NCBI GenBank assembly: GCA_029941565.1
Contig: JAPYRN010000004.1
Coordinates: 119,797 to 183,796, forward strand
Reading direction: 5' to 3'
Origin: Candidatus Latescibacterota bacterium
GTDB lineage: Bacteria; Latescibacterota; UBA2968; UBA8231
Length of the DNA stretch: 64,000 bases
Shown: positions 31,599 through 41,907 of the stretch, in pieces
How the letters are laid out: the number at the start of each line of letters is the position of its first letter
How positions within the stretch are numbered: the first letter of the stretch is position 1
Notes under the pieces: generated by a model
What the model was told of the DNA's origin: nothing
The model's database searches: none
Seen by the model: the letters and a program-made list of their open reading frames with translations, nothing else
Translations under genes and position numbers: made by a program

Positions 31599-31627
31599 AT
31601 ATTATGAAACAGTTCCCACACAGACAA
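31599..31627 (-). promoter_or_regulatory. Candidate sigma70 promoter in divergent intergenic region
   Basis: Minus strand TTGTCT (31627-31622), 17 bp, TAATAT (31604-31599). Confidence 0.5.
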
Positions 31628-31655
31628 TCCATTTAGGCCGATTCTGACTTCTCGG

Positions 31656-33764
31656 GTGAGGATGATGAGATCACAGAAGAGAGCGAGCCTCTGGGCCCTG
31701 GCAGTAGCGATCCTGTTGTTGACGCCCGGTCAGAACATGGCTCTGGAATCGGTCGTCATCGGAGATGAGTTGGATTGGCTCGGAGAAGGCACCGCTTCGG
31801 TGGGTCGAATCGATGCTGTGCATCGCTCTCCTCTCGTCGCCAATCGGCTCCTGGTGGGCAACGCACCAGGCCAGTTGATCGAGTTTGACAGTCCGGACTG
31901 GCCAGGCAGCATCTTGCCTCTGCGCTTCGAAGAGGGCGAGAATATCGCCACCGGCACACTCGAGCGCGGCGGTGGTATTACAGCGCCCAATATCCTTGAC
32001 TTTGGACGCTCCATCTCGGTGGGCAGCTCCGACGTCTTCGACGAGAATGACCTGCGGATCTCGCTTGAGGAGATCATGCTGGCGGAGCCGGGGGGGGAAC
32101 TCGACGCATTTCAGCGCAAGAACTTCAATGCCTTCGGGATCCTCGTCTTTGTCGATCTCGGCGGGCGTTTCGGCGTCGATCGGATCCGTTTCTACCCACG
32201 GAACACCATCCAGAGTTCTCCCGGTACGCCCTTCGAGAACGATTTCATGCGGGCCTTCGAATTGTTCACCAACGACGGCACCCTTACCGCCAGCGGCAAC
32301 AAGATCTGGGATCCACTCCTGCTGGTGAACGACAACCAGGATCCTATCGTCGACGTGACTATGGATCCGCCTCGACTCGTGCAGTCGATACGGTTGCGGT
32401 CCACGTCCAACATCAACTTCGAAATCGACGAGTTTGAGATCTACGGCAAGGGGTTCCTTTCCGAAACCGAGTACATCTCCGACATCTTCGACATGTCTGA
32501 ACCCGCTGTCTGGGGGGACTTGCGCTGGGCGGAAGAGATTATCGGCGACACCTTGTTCTCCAAGGCCAGAATCAGCACTCGTACCGGAAGTGACGACAAC
32601 CCCTTTGTCTTCACCCGCGTTCTTGCCGGTAAACGGGATGCCGAACCCATCCCATTCTCCCTGCTGGATCCGCTGCAGGAGATGGGACTCGACGAATACG
32701 AAAAACTGCCTGCCGTCGATGGCATTGGCCGCCAATGGGAAGCCGGACCCATCACCGATGACCTCTTCAATTGGAGCCCCTTCAGCACGCCCTATCCTGC
32801 CACTGAGGCAAATGGCCCAGGTATCGCGATCACGTCGCCCAGTCCGCGACAATTCCTGCAGTTCCGCGTCCTGTTTAGCAACGCGGGCCTCGAATCGGCT
32901 CGTGCCATCACCTCCCTGAGTTTCGACTTCCAAACCCCTGCATATGCCGACGAGGTGGTGGCCGAGGTGTTTCCTCGCGAGGTCGAGGCTTCGACTCTCA
33001 ACACCTTCACCTTCGCGATGCGTTCGGCCATTCGCAGTGCTGGTAAGCTCGGCTATGACATCGTCGAGATTTCGACGCCCTCAAAAGTTGCCAGTATCGA
33101 TCGAATCGAACTGACCAACGCCTCCGGCAGTGTACTCGCAGAGCGCACCTTCTCAGGACTGGAGGATGCAGACATGGTCGATGGTTTCCAGATCCTGACG
33201 GTCGACGCCGATCGCTTCAGACTGGCCGTACCTCTCGTGGAGGAGGACGGTGTTCTGCTCACAGTTCAGTTCCAGACCGGTGTTCTGACGTATAGCACCA
33301 ATTTCAGGGCCACCGTAGAACACTCGACGGTACCCGGCGCATCGCAGCCAGCGGTTTCCGGCAATGCCGCCACACTTTCGGTGGATGATATCGACGATTT
33401 TTCCGGCACAACGGTGTTGAGTCCACCACTCATCGGTGGGCATCTTCTCGATCTCGTCGCCGTCGTGCCAAATCCCTTCACGCCGAATGGTGACGGGATC
33501 AACGACGAAGCGGCAGTTCAGTACAGTCTGTTGTCGGTGAGTGCAGATCGTCGGGTGAATATCGATATCTACGATCTGAGTGGCAGACGGGTCCGCAGTT
33601 TGCACGATGGGCTTGAGTCTAACGGCCGCTTCGAGGACAAGCTCTGGGATGGGCGCAGTGATGGCGGAAAGCTGGTGCCTCCGGGAATCTATATCGCTCG
33701 TCTCGCCGTGGACGGAGACGCGATCCAGGAAGAGAAGTCAATCGTGGTAAGCGTCGTCTACTAG
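31656..33764 (+). CDS. Secreted discoidin-like/FlgD-Ig protein, paralog B
   Basis: Signal peptide; VDLGGRFGVDRIRFYPR, STRTG, NWSPFSTPY, NPFTPNGDGIND, WDG..VPPGIYIARL, ends VVSVVY. Confidence 0.85.
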   Translation: MRMMRSQKRASLWALAVAILLLTPGQNMALESVVIGDELDWLGEGTASVGRIDAVHRSPLVANRLLVGNAPGQLIEFDSPDWPGSILPLRFEEGENIATGTLERGGGITAPNILDFGRSISVGSSDVFDENDLRISLEEIMLAEPGGELDAFQRKNFNAFGILVFVDLGGRFGVDRIRFYPRNTIQSSPGTPFENDFMRAFELFTNDGTLTASGNKIWDPLLLVNDNQDPIVDVTMDPPRLVQSIRLRSTSNINFEIDEFEIYGKGFLSETEYISDIFDMSEPAVWGDLRWAEEIIGDTLFSKARISTRTGSDDNPFVFTRVLAGKRDAEPIPFSLLDPLQEMGLDEYEKLPAVDGIGRQWEAGPITDDLFNWSPFSTPYPATEANGPGIAITSPSPRQFLQFRVLFSNAGLESARAITSLSFDFQTPAYADEVVAEVFPREVEASTLNTFTFAMRSAIRSAGKLGYDIVEISTPSKVASIDRIELTNASGSVLAERTFSGLEDADMVDGFQILTVDADRFRLAVPLVEEDGVLLTVQFQTGVLTYSTNFRATVEHSTVPGASQPAVSGNAATLSVDDIDDFSGTTVLSPPLIGGHLLDLVAVVPNPFTPNGDGINDEAAVQYSLLSVSADRRVNIDIYDLSGRRVRSLHDGLESNGRFEDKLWDGRSDGGKLVPPGIYIARLAVDGDAIQEEKSIVVSVVY

Positions 33765-33778
33765 ATCAGGGCACTAAG

Positions 33779-36034
33779 TTAAGGTGCGGCGCTCCCCATC
33801 AACTGTTCGACCTGACTCCGGATCTGAGCCTCGGCGACTCGACGCACCTCACCCTCTCTGGTGATCTGAGCGGCGCGCTGGAAATGCTGTGCCGAATCCT
33901 GCTGCCGGCCAAGACGCTGGTACAGATTGCCCAGACATCGATGGACGAGGGCGATGTCCGACTCCAGAACCAGCAGCCTCTCAAAGTGCGGCAGGGCGGG
34001 TTCGTAGCGCTGCTGGCGCGCCAACAGCAGTCCGAGGCCCCAATGGGCGGCAGCAGACTTCGGTTCCAGTTCGACCGCCTCGCGCAACAGATCCTCGGCT
34101 TCAGCTGGCGCCGTCTCCTGTTGCACTAGCAGATTCGCCAGATGAATGCGGTATTCGGCCTGCTGGGGAGCCTGTTGCACCAGGTGGCGCAGTTCGGCGG
34201 TCGCCGTCGCACGATCCCCCAGGGACTCGTACAGACGTGCCAGTTGATAACGAACCACAGAAGAGTCGGGTCGAATCTCGAGGGTACGCCGATACGCCCC
34301 AAGGGCTTGCTCCCGTCTGCCATCCATGAGATAAGCATAGGCGAGTTCTCCATGCAATCGGGCCCAGTCCGGCCGCGACAGCAATAGCGCTTCATACACA
34401 CCGATGGCCTTGGCATACCGTTTCGTCTGCAGGTAGGTGGTACCCAGCAGATACCGGACGGGGTCGGCCTCCGAGTGCTCGCGCAGATAACTCTCATAGA
34501 GTCTGGCCGCCTCGTCATGCTCCTGCTGTCGGTTATGCAACTGAGCCAAGGCCAGCAGGGCCCCCCTGTGGTCAGATTCTCTATGCAGAACACGACGATA
34601 CTCCTCCATCGCGTTGATGGGCATCGCTTTTTTCTCGTAGGCATACCCCTGCCAGAAATGTTGCTGAGTATCGGCCTCTGCCGCTACGGGTGCCGCCCCG
34701 ATATTGCATATCACGCCCAGCACGATGACCACTGCCAGAGAGCGAAATCGTCGGTTGCTGTGGCGGATGGAGTGCACCCCGTATGCGGCAAACAGTAGCA
34801 GGAAGGGCACGGCGGGTAGTCGGTATCTCGAGGTGACGAAGAACAGCACCACGGACAGCATGTAGACGAGTGGCAGCAGAGCCAGCAGTCGTCCCTGCGG
34901 CGTACCTCCCGCAGGCTGGCGCCAGAACGAGAACCATCCGAAGAGGGCGAGTGGACCCACCAGGCCAAATGGAAAGGCCAGCCCGAGCCCCTGCCAGAGC
35001 AAGGCGCTCAGCAGTAATGAGTCCTGCCGCGCCCAGTAGAGATCGAGGTTGCGCCGAATCTCGTCCCCCCGCCAGAACAGATAGAACTTGCGCAGCGTCA
35101 AGCCAAGGAAGGCGACGGGCTCCCGTCGTGCGAACTCGAAGGACTGGGCGAAGAAAAATCGCGACTTCGCCGAGGCGGTCTCAATGCCGGCAACCCGCTC
35201 GGGCATTTCGACCAACTCCGACCACTGTTGCCCAGGGCGGATATTTACTGTCTGCTCGTAGTCGGGATTGTTGCCGATGTAAAAATTGACCCCGGCATTG
35301 GATGAGATGAGTACCCAGTCAGCTCCGACGAAGTAGTTGCGTGCCGTCACCGGCGCGATGATCAGTCCCGACCCCAGCAGTAACAATCCACCATTGAGAA
35401 GGATCCGGCGGGTCTCAGTACCCGCACGGTGATGGGTCCAGGCAAGCCACAACAACAACATGGGTAGAAATAGCAGTGCATTGGCTACGGCCAACGCGGA
35501 GAGTCCGAGTAACACACCTGCCAGGAGCCAGCGCTTCGGAGTCAACTCTTTGTCAGACATCCTACCCAACAACACGTACACAAGAAGCAAATCTAGCCCA
35601 ATCCCAAGAAGGGTTGGCAACAACTCTCCGCCGAAGTAGATGAGGGGGCCATATACGGTGGCGGCAAGGGCCGCACCCAGAGCCACCGATGGTGGGAATA
35701 CGCGGTAGGCGATGAGATAGAGGAGGGCGCAGATGCCAGCCCCCACAAGAGCCTGAAGCAGATGTGGTGCCCAGACGCCTGGACCGCAGATCGAATAGAT
35801 CAGGCCCAGAATGTAGGGGTATAGAGGCGGCTGCCAGAACGGACGTGACGGTCCAAGCCAGGAACTCGAGCTTAACTCAAGCGCGCCATCGACATAGCTC
35901 TTAGCATCGACGACGGGGACCTCGAAAAACAGGCTGTCCGCGGCCTCATAGAGGTAGAGGAGCCGCAACAGCAAGGCCAGTACCCCCAGCCACAGGGCGG
36001 CCCTTTGTGGAGTCCCAAGGACAGGCCGACTCAT
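33779..36034 (-). CDS. GT-C fold (ArnT/PMT-like) membrane glycosyltransferase with TPR domain
   Basis: PVVDAKSY, PFWQPPLYPYIL, GVNFYIGNNP, FFVTSRYRLP, followed by TPRs. Confidence 0.85.
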   Translation of the reverse strand: MSRPVLGTPQRAALWLGVLALLLRLLYLYEAADSLFFEVPVVDAKSYVDGALELSSSSWLGPSRPFWQPPLYPYILGLIYSICGPGVWAPHLLQALVGAGICALLYLIAYRVFPPSVALGAALAATVYGPLIYFGGELLPTLLGIGLDLLLVYVLLGRMSDKELTPKRWLLAGVLLGLSALAVANALLFLPMLLLWLAWTHHRAGTETRRILLNGGLLLLGSGLIIAPVTARNYFVGADWVLISSNAGVNFYIGNNPDYEQTVNIRPGQQWSELVEMPERVAGIETASAKSRFFFAQSFEFARREPVAFLGLTLRKFYLFWRGDEIRRNLDLYWARQDSLLLSALLWQGLGLAFPFGLVGPLALFGWFSFWRQPAGGTPQGRLLALLPLVYMLSVVLFFVTSRYRLPAVPFLLLFAAYGVHSIRHSNRRFRSLAVVIVLGVICNIGAAPVAAEADTQQHFWQGYAYEKKAMPINAMEEYRRVLHRESDHRGALLALAQLHNRQQEHDEAARLYESYLREHSEADPVRYLLGTTYLQTKRYAKAIGVYEALLLSRPDWARLHGELAYAYLMDGRREQALGAYRRTLEIRPDSSVVRYQLARLYESLGDRATATAELRHLVQQAPQQAEYRIHLANLLVQQETAPAEAEDLLREAVELEPKSAAAHWGLGLLLARQQRYEPALPHFERLLVLESDIALVHRCLGNLYQRLGRQQDSAQHFQRAAQITREGEVRRVAEAQIRSQVEQLMGSAAP

Positions 36035-36060
36035 CGGTCCGTCGCCCTATTATGCAATCG

Positions 36061-38733
36061 CTACTGCAAGCCGGCGTAGACGGTAATAAAGCTCTTGGCC
36101 AGTGTCTGCGACTTGGCACCCTTGGGATCGTCGCGACGGACCTGCATACCCATCTGCATGGTCAGTGCATAACCCAGATACGCCGAGCGGTTCGACATCT
36201 GCACCGCCCACACGAGGCCCTTGGAGTCGTTGACGCTCTGTTCGAAGTCATTAAGGATGATGTATTCGACACCGGCTTCGAGGGTGGTATGGCGCAATAC
36301 AGCCAACTCGCCGAGGATGCCGAAGATCTCGGAAAGTTCGTTCCGTTTCCGCAATTCTGTGAGTCCCACAGTCTGCTTGCGATACTCACTCTTCCATCTG
36401 GGTTCGAGGCCGACCACGCCAATTTCGAATCGGTAACTGGCTTTGTTGATGACGCCGAAGAAGTAGTCGCGCTCGCGCAGACCAAGGGGGATTCTTTCGC
36501 TCCGATCGAGCCGCTGATGGAAGAGATCGTATTTCAGCATGTTGCTCGTCGTCAGGCCGGCGACGGAAATATCGTGGCCCAGCCACAGAGAGTTAACCCA
36601 CGTGTCTTGGGCAATCAACGGATCCTGGATCTTTGAAGCTTCCCCCGTGCGGATGTTGGTATTGGGCAGCCACTGCAACAGATCATCAGGGATATCGTCC
36701 TCCACCGATTTGAACATCTCAAAAAAGCGGAAACGACCCCAGTCGGGGGTGTCCTGGTCGACGGTGAACATCACATAATTGGCGTTGTTCTCCTGATCGG
36801 ACGAAATCAGCTCTTCGTGCAGAACGCCACCGCTGATCTTGATCTCCGGGGTCAGGTGGGTGCCCACATAGAGGTTGTAGCCCCGGTGATCCTTCGGGTA
36901 GGGATAATCGGGCAGCTCGTCATTTTCGAAACGATCGATCCACAAGTTGTGGTTCATGTCGATGCCGAAAAGGAATTCAGGTCGATCGACGTTGTGGCGC
37001 AGGAAGGGCTCTTCGTAGTCAGGAACCGAATTGCTCAGGGAGCGGTTGTCATTCTGGTTGAAGTCGGAGATGAAGTCGTTGTTCTCGTCCCAACCCGGAT
37101 AGACCTCCTGGTCGCCCTGGATCCAGTCCTTACGCACGGTGTCGGGAAAACGATCCTGGTCGTCATTGTCCTCTACCAGTTCGACGACGTGGAAGCGCTC
37201 GTCCTCGTAATCAATAAATCCGGAACTGAGGGCGGTGAAGGTCCGCGTCGTGTAGCGCGGGTCCATACTGTAGGCTTCGAGCAGTCCGAAGTAGGGATAG
37301 TCGATGCGCGACAGATTCATCATCCAGGCTTCGGCGCCCCGATCGCCCTGAATGCCGGACCAGGTGGAGTGTTCCTGCTGGGTGATATTGGGGTACTTTG
37401 TATAGGAATAGCTGAGGTCGTACTCACCGTAGAAGTCGAACCCCATCAGATCCTTGAACTCCACGGTGCCACCCCAAATCTGGGTTGCCGTGGGCAGACC
37501 GTATTCAAAGCTGACAATCCGCAGATTGGTGTTGTCCTGCACATTGCCCTCCGCCTGGGCGACGAGCAACAGCGTGGATACGTCGGAGGCGTTGAGCTGC
37601 TGATCCGAGGAGACCCACACCTGGTAGTCGTTGCCCAGGACCATGCGAAACTCGACGCGCTCGATCTCCTCTTTGGCACCGAGGGCACGGTTGACGAAGG
37701 CCGGGCTGTTCAGATCGTAGATCAGCCGAATCTCTTCATCGCCGTCGGCTGACAGGAAACCTTCGCCGACAAAACCACCCTCGATGATCGGTTCAAACCG
37801 CATCTCCTTGCCACTTTGCGTCGTGCCGTCAAGGTAGGAGATGATGATATCAGAACCGGCGGGGAAGAAGGCGGCACCACCGACGCCGTCTTCCGGTGAG
37901 TCGTCGCGCAACACGACCTCGATGCTCGAGACCGTCGCGTTCTGGCTGATGGTGAGGGCACCCGAAACGGGGCTGGCCTCGAAGCCGTCAAGCAAGGTAT
38001 TGGACTGATGCGTATTGACGGCATGAACTCCCAGGGTGGCAAAATCGCCGACCTGGGCCGTGAAACGCCCGCCGAAGAGCGACGTGGAGTTCGTCGCCAG
38101 ATTCTCCAGATTTCCCGTGGTGCTACCACCGGGATTGCTGAGACGGGAGTAGATGACGGTGCCCATGTACTTGTCAGCGGTGTAGTCGAACTGAATTCCG
38201 TCCCACCGTGGCTTGGAGAATGTCATCGGCGTCAGCGTGCTGCGGATGTTGTCGCTGATCGTGATGGCATAGTGGTGTTGGCCCTTGGAGTCAGATGAGA
38301 CCACGAGGGAGTTGAACCAGCCATTGAAACGGCTCGACTTGAGGACAGAGTTACCAAATTGCTGGGGCTGCGTCTGGGAATTGTTGAAGATCAACCAGCC
38401 GCGCGTGATATAATTGCCGTAGAGATCGTAGAAGTAGTCTCCCTCAAGTATCTGATCCACATACCGTTGGTAATTATTTCGAGCGTAGTTGGAGTACTCC
38501 CACTGTTGCCACTGGTACTCGTTGTAGAGTTCCTGGGGGACGTACCACTTCCGCTTCACCGGATCGAGGGCATCCATCAGCACGCCCGGTCCCGAGGGGT
38601 GGAAGTCTACTTCACCGCCCCGTTGGATCGAGCCCAGACGGGTCCCATAGTCCTGTGCGAGGCTTGGTGAAAGGCTCAGAAAAAGGCAGATCCCAACCAG
38701 TAGGGACAGCGATACGCCTGTTCTACAATGCAC
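36061..38733 (-). CDS. Large secreted hypothetical protein, possible outer-membrane beta-barrel with acidic Ca-binding loops
   Basis: 890 aa; signal peptide (SPSLA-QD); amphipathic strand-like segments; DNDDQDRFPD, WDENNDFISDFNQNDN, DMNHNLWID; ends FITVYAGLQ. Confidence 0.7.
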   Translation of the reverse strand: MHCRTGVSLSLLVGICLFLSLSPSLAQDYGTRLGSIQRGGEVDFHPSGPGVLMDALDPVKRKWYVPQELYNEYQWQQWEYSNYARNNYQRYVDQILEGDYFYDLYGNYITRGWLIFNNSQTQPQQFGNSVLKSSRFNGWFNSLVVSSDSKGQHHYAITISDNIRSTLTPMTFSKPRWDGIQFDYTADKYMGTVIYSRLSNPGGSTTGNLENLATNSTSLFGGRFTAQVGDFATLGVHAVNTHQSNTLLDGFEASPVSGALTISQNATVSSIEVVLRDDSPEDGVGGAAFFPAGSDIIISYLDGTTQSGKEMRFEPIIEGGFVGEGFLSADGDEEIRLIYDLNSPAFVNRALGAKEEIERVEFRMVLGNDYQVWVSSDQQLNASDVSTLLLVAQAEGNVQDNTNLRIVSFEYGLPTATQIWGGTVEFKDLMGFDFYGEYDLSYSYTKYPNITQQEHSTWSGIQGDRGAEAWMMNLSRIDYPYFGLLEAYSMDPRYTTRTFTALSSGFIDYEDERFHVVELVEDNDDQDRFPDTVRKDWIQGDQEVYPGWDENNDFISDFNQNDNRSLSNSVPDYEEPFLRHNVDRPEFLFGIDMNHNLWIDRFENDELPDYPYPKDHRGYNLYVGTHLTPEIKISGGVLHEELISSDQENNANYVMFTVDQDTPDWGRFRFFEMFKSVEDDIPDDLLQWLPNTNIRTGEASKIQDPLIAQDTWVNSLWLGHDISVAGLTTSNMLKYDLFHQRLDRSERIPLGLRERDYFFGVINKASYRFEIGVVGLEPRWKSEYRKQTVGLTELRKRNELSEIFGILGELAVLRHTTLEAGVEYIILNDFEQSVNDSKGLVWAVQMSNRSAYLGYALTMQMGMQVRRDDPKGAKSQTLAKSFITVYAGLQ

Positions 38734-38753
38734 GGCTTCCTCCTTACGAGGTT

Positions 38754-41700
38754 TCAGTATGCCACCGCGATGACCCGCGTGCGAACGGATGACACGTCGG
38801 CATCATCTGCTTCCACTTTCAACCGACAGATATAAAGCCCAGGGGCGACGAGGTCGCCATTGTCATCAATACCAGCCCAGACAATCCCCTCACGACCGAT
38901 TTCCACCGCCTCTGCGCTCTGCCACACGAGGCGCCCATTGAGACTGTAAATCCTAACAACAGCCTGCCTGGGAACAGAAATCTTAAACACGGAAAAAACG
39001 ATCACAGTTTGGTCGTTGATGCCGTCCCCATTGGGGGTGATCGTGCTGGGGACGATTCGAAAATCATTGAGCAGTTGCGTGTCGAGTGGCACACCGATGG
39101 TCAGTGTGTTGGCCGCACTCAACGAGGTCGCATCCCCCGACTCGATATCCTGCCAGAGAGCGTCGGACCGCGTGCCATTGCGACCGTCCCGGACGGCGAT
39201 ACGCAGGGTGGTACCGTTGGTGAATACCGGCGCTTTGAAGCGCGCCACAACCAACGGTCCCGGGCCGCTGATCGTGCCGCGGCTGCTGGTGCGCAGTGCA
39301 TTGTAGCTGCCGGCAGTCAGTGAGTCGCCATCGACGGTGAAGGGAAACTGATCGCCATCACCCAGAAGTAGACGGAAATAACGGATCGGCCCCTGCTCCG
39401 GCTCCGGCAGAGCCAAGTAGGTGGTGGCATCGACCTGATTCAGCGTGATGCGTCCAGTGGTGCTCACGACTTGGCGAAAGTGGCGGACGTCACCCCTTTC
39501 ATTTTCCGGCAGGACACCATAGGAGGCCTGGGTCAGCAACTGACCATCGTGGCTGACCGGTACCAGGTCACCCTCAGAGGTAATGCGGTTGTAGGCCCTG
39601 TCGACATCACCGAGAATATTGAGATTCTCCGGAAGTCTGACCCAGATCGAATCGGAGCCGGTGGCCAGCAACTGTAAGGCCTCACCCGCTTGATCGATAA
39701 ATGGCTCTCCTGGCCCTGTGGGCCGAAATAGTCGCTGTGCAGTGCCGGACTCTGCATCGACACCAACGCCCAGATCGAGAAGTTCCAGGTCCTGCGATGC
39801 CGGCATGCGCAACAGGAGTTCATCGAAGCCGGTGCTGCGCGAAACGATGGGATTCTCGATGAAGTCGGGCTGTACGAAAACCGTGAATGTGTCGATCTGG
39901 CCTGGGTTGGCGATCTGCGCCGGCTCCATTTCCGCCAGGATGGCACCGGCCACCGGTTCGAGCAAGCCGATATTGATGGAGTGAATGGCGGCGGCCATAT
40001 CCTTGTCCTCAGAGGTCATACGAACACGGATCTGCAGGAATTTTTTATGTCCCGGGGAGGTCACACGGTCACCAGGTGTCTGGTATGGTCGACTCCAGGA
40101 ACTCCAGCCAGTGGTCGGTACGAAGCTCGTATCAGCCGGTCCCTTGAAAGTGGAGAACAGGCTGTTCCAATTGCTGAAGGGGATCTCGCTCCCCGACGCG
40201 TCGTAGTATTTGGTGACCTTGCCCAGAACGGAACCGGTACGGGTACTGATCTCCACGTTTGTTCCCGGGGGTACGTCCGCATCCCAGCTGATGCGTCCGG
40301 GGTTGCGTCCCTGGATCTCGACCAGGTCGGACTCCATAGCGACCGCCGCCGGATAACCTCGGGAGTAGAGCATGTATTCGCCGATGATGGGACCCGTATT
40401 GTACCCTCCTCGGCGGCTGGGGCTCGAGGATGTGACGATGGTTTCGATGAAGCGCATTTTCCGGGGTGGATCGAAGGAGTCCATAAGGAACCGATACAGA
40501 GTCAGTCGGTTGTCCTCGCGCTCCAACGGGCTGAGACGTTGCCATTTCAACTCGCCGGTGGCGTCTCGGGCACCGTCTGAGGAGCGCATGATATACCCAT
40601 CGAGAATGTAGTTTGACCCACGACGCGGAAAGACTGCGACCCGGATGGCGTCCATCCACAGGGTGGTTCCCATGTCGATGGTCATCACACCGCGGTCGAC
40701 AACCGGAGACCAGACCAGGTGCTGGAAGTTGGAACTGAAATCAGCATCAAAGGCGGGTGCCGCTGTGAAGTTGCCACCGCTGAGGTGGATGTTGCCACCA
40801 CTCTCGGTCAGCGTCGGGCTCAGATTGTCACCCCAGCCCCAGGCCTCGATATCGGCGAGTCGGGGACGTTCGCGGATGTAAAAGTCCCTTCGGCCCTGCC
40901 GCGCCGGTGGCAGGGCTTCGTAGTCTGCCAGACCTGCCATCGGTTCCTCAAAGCCCAGCTGGTCCTTGCTGAAGTAGACGATGTCACCACGATCTGACGG
41001 GATGATGTCCAGCCACGCCTGCTCCGAGTCAAGCAGTCGACCCCTGCCTCCCTTTGTGTCCGAAACCACGAAGCGGATCGTCTCGACAAGGCGACCTGAC
41101 CAATCCGGACCGGCCAGCGACTGTTGCAGCGGGATGGAAAATGTGAGTTGATCGACATTCGGCGCCTTGGTGCCGTAAACGAGGGTTAACTGAAGTTTTT
41201 CCTCCTCCTGCGAAATGGCCCGCTGGAAGGGAGAGTCGAGAATGCGGAACTGGCGGAAGGGATCGCCCAGAGTAGGATCAACGAAGTGCATGACCAGCGA
41301 GTCCACGGGCACGACCCGACCCAAGTCCACCTCCACCCACCAGTTTTCCACCGGGTCGTCGGGATCGGGCTCCCAGTATGTCGTTGGGTCACCGTCCAGA
41401 ATGTTGGCCGCCGTCGCAGGATTCGATCCCACCCGGCTGATTCCGGGTCGCAGGAGAAAGGAGTAGACCGGGAGTGTCTTTCCCTTCTTCGTCACCGTGA
41501 TGAGGTTGCCCTGCACGTCATACGTGACGGTACTGTCGATGTTCAGGATGCCCGACTGCCCCTTCCTGAGCTTGAAACCAGACAATGGCCGGGTAAATGT
41601 ATCGAGGTCATCGAGCAGATCGTAGCGGTCGCGGGAGAAGTGTGGTTGCAGAGTTCCGCTCGGAGTTACATCCACCGCACTCTTCGGCAGGTTCCAATTG

Positions 41701-41855
41701 TTCCAGTGCGACGCACTTGTGACGGTGATCTGGGTTGTCGTAACCCGGTGCCCGCTCTGGGCCGTCGCTTGGCGCGGCGCTGACAGCATCGCTGCCGTCA
41801 TGACAGCGGGCAGAATCCACGTCAGGGGTCGTACGTAGTCTAACCGAAGTCCCAT
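38754..41855 (-). CDS. Secreted discoidin-like/FlgD-Ig protein, long paralog C
   Basis: GGAG RBS before ATG 41855; ILDGDPTTYW..VEVDLG, STRTG, GWSSWSRPY, ITPNGDGIND, VAPGLYICRL, ends VIAVAY. Confidence 0.85.
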   Translation of the reverse strand: MGLRLDYVRPLTWILPAVMTAAMLSAPRQATAQSGHRVTTTQITVTSASHWNNWNLPKSAVDVTPSGTLQPHFSRDRYDLLDDLDTFTRPLSGFKLRKGQSGILNIDSTVTYDVQGNLITVTKKGKTLPVYSFLLRPGISRVGSNPATAANILDGDPTTYWEPDPDDPVENWWVEVDLGRVVPVDSLVMHFVDPTLGDPFRQFRILDSPFQRAISQEEEKLQLTLVYGTKAPNVDQLTFSIPLQQSLAGPDWSGRLVETIRFVVSDTKGGRGRLLDSEQAWLDIIPSDRGDIVYFSKDQLGFEEPMAGLADYEALPPARQGRRDFYIRERPRLADIEAWGWGDNLSPTLTESGGNIHLSGGNFTAAPAFDADFSSNFQHLVWSPVVDRGVMTIDMGTTLWMDAIRVAVFPRRGSNYILDGYIMRSSDGARDATGELKWQRLSPLEREDNRLTLYRFLMDSFDPPRKMRFIETIVTSSSPSRRGGYNTGPIIGEYMLYSRGYPAAVAMESDLVEIQGRNPGRISWDADVPPGTNVEISTRTGSVLGKVTKYYDASGSEIPFSNWNSLFSTFKGPADTSFVPTTGWSSWSRPYQTPGDRVTSPGHKKFLQIRVRMTSEDKDMAAAIHSINIGLLEPVAGAILAEMEPAQIANPGQIDTFTVFVQPDFIENPIVSRSTGFDELLLRMPASQDLELLDLGVGVDAESGTAQRLFRPTGPGEPFIDQAGEALQLLATGSDSIWVRLPENLNILGDVDRAYNRITSEGDLVPVSHDGQLLTQASYGVLPENERGDVRHFRQVVSTTGRITLNQVDATTYLALPEPEQGPIRYFRLLLGDGDQFPFTVDGDSLTAGSYNALRTSSRGTISGPGPLVVARFKAPVFTNGTTLRIAVRDGRNGTRSDALWQDIESGDATSLSAANTLTIGVPLDTQLLNDFRIVPSTITPNGDGINDQTVIVFSVFKISVPRQAVVRIYSLNGRLVWQSAEAVEIGREGIVWAGIDDNGDLVAPGLYICRLKVEADDADVSSVRTRVIAVAY

Positions 41856-41907
41856 GGTCGTCTCCTGCGGATGCGCGAAACGTGCAACACACCGACTGGT
41901 ATCGAGG

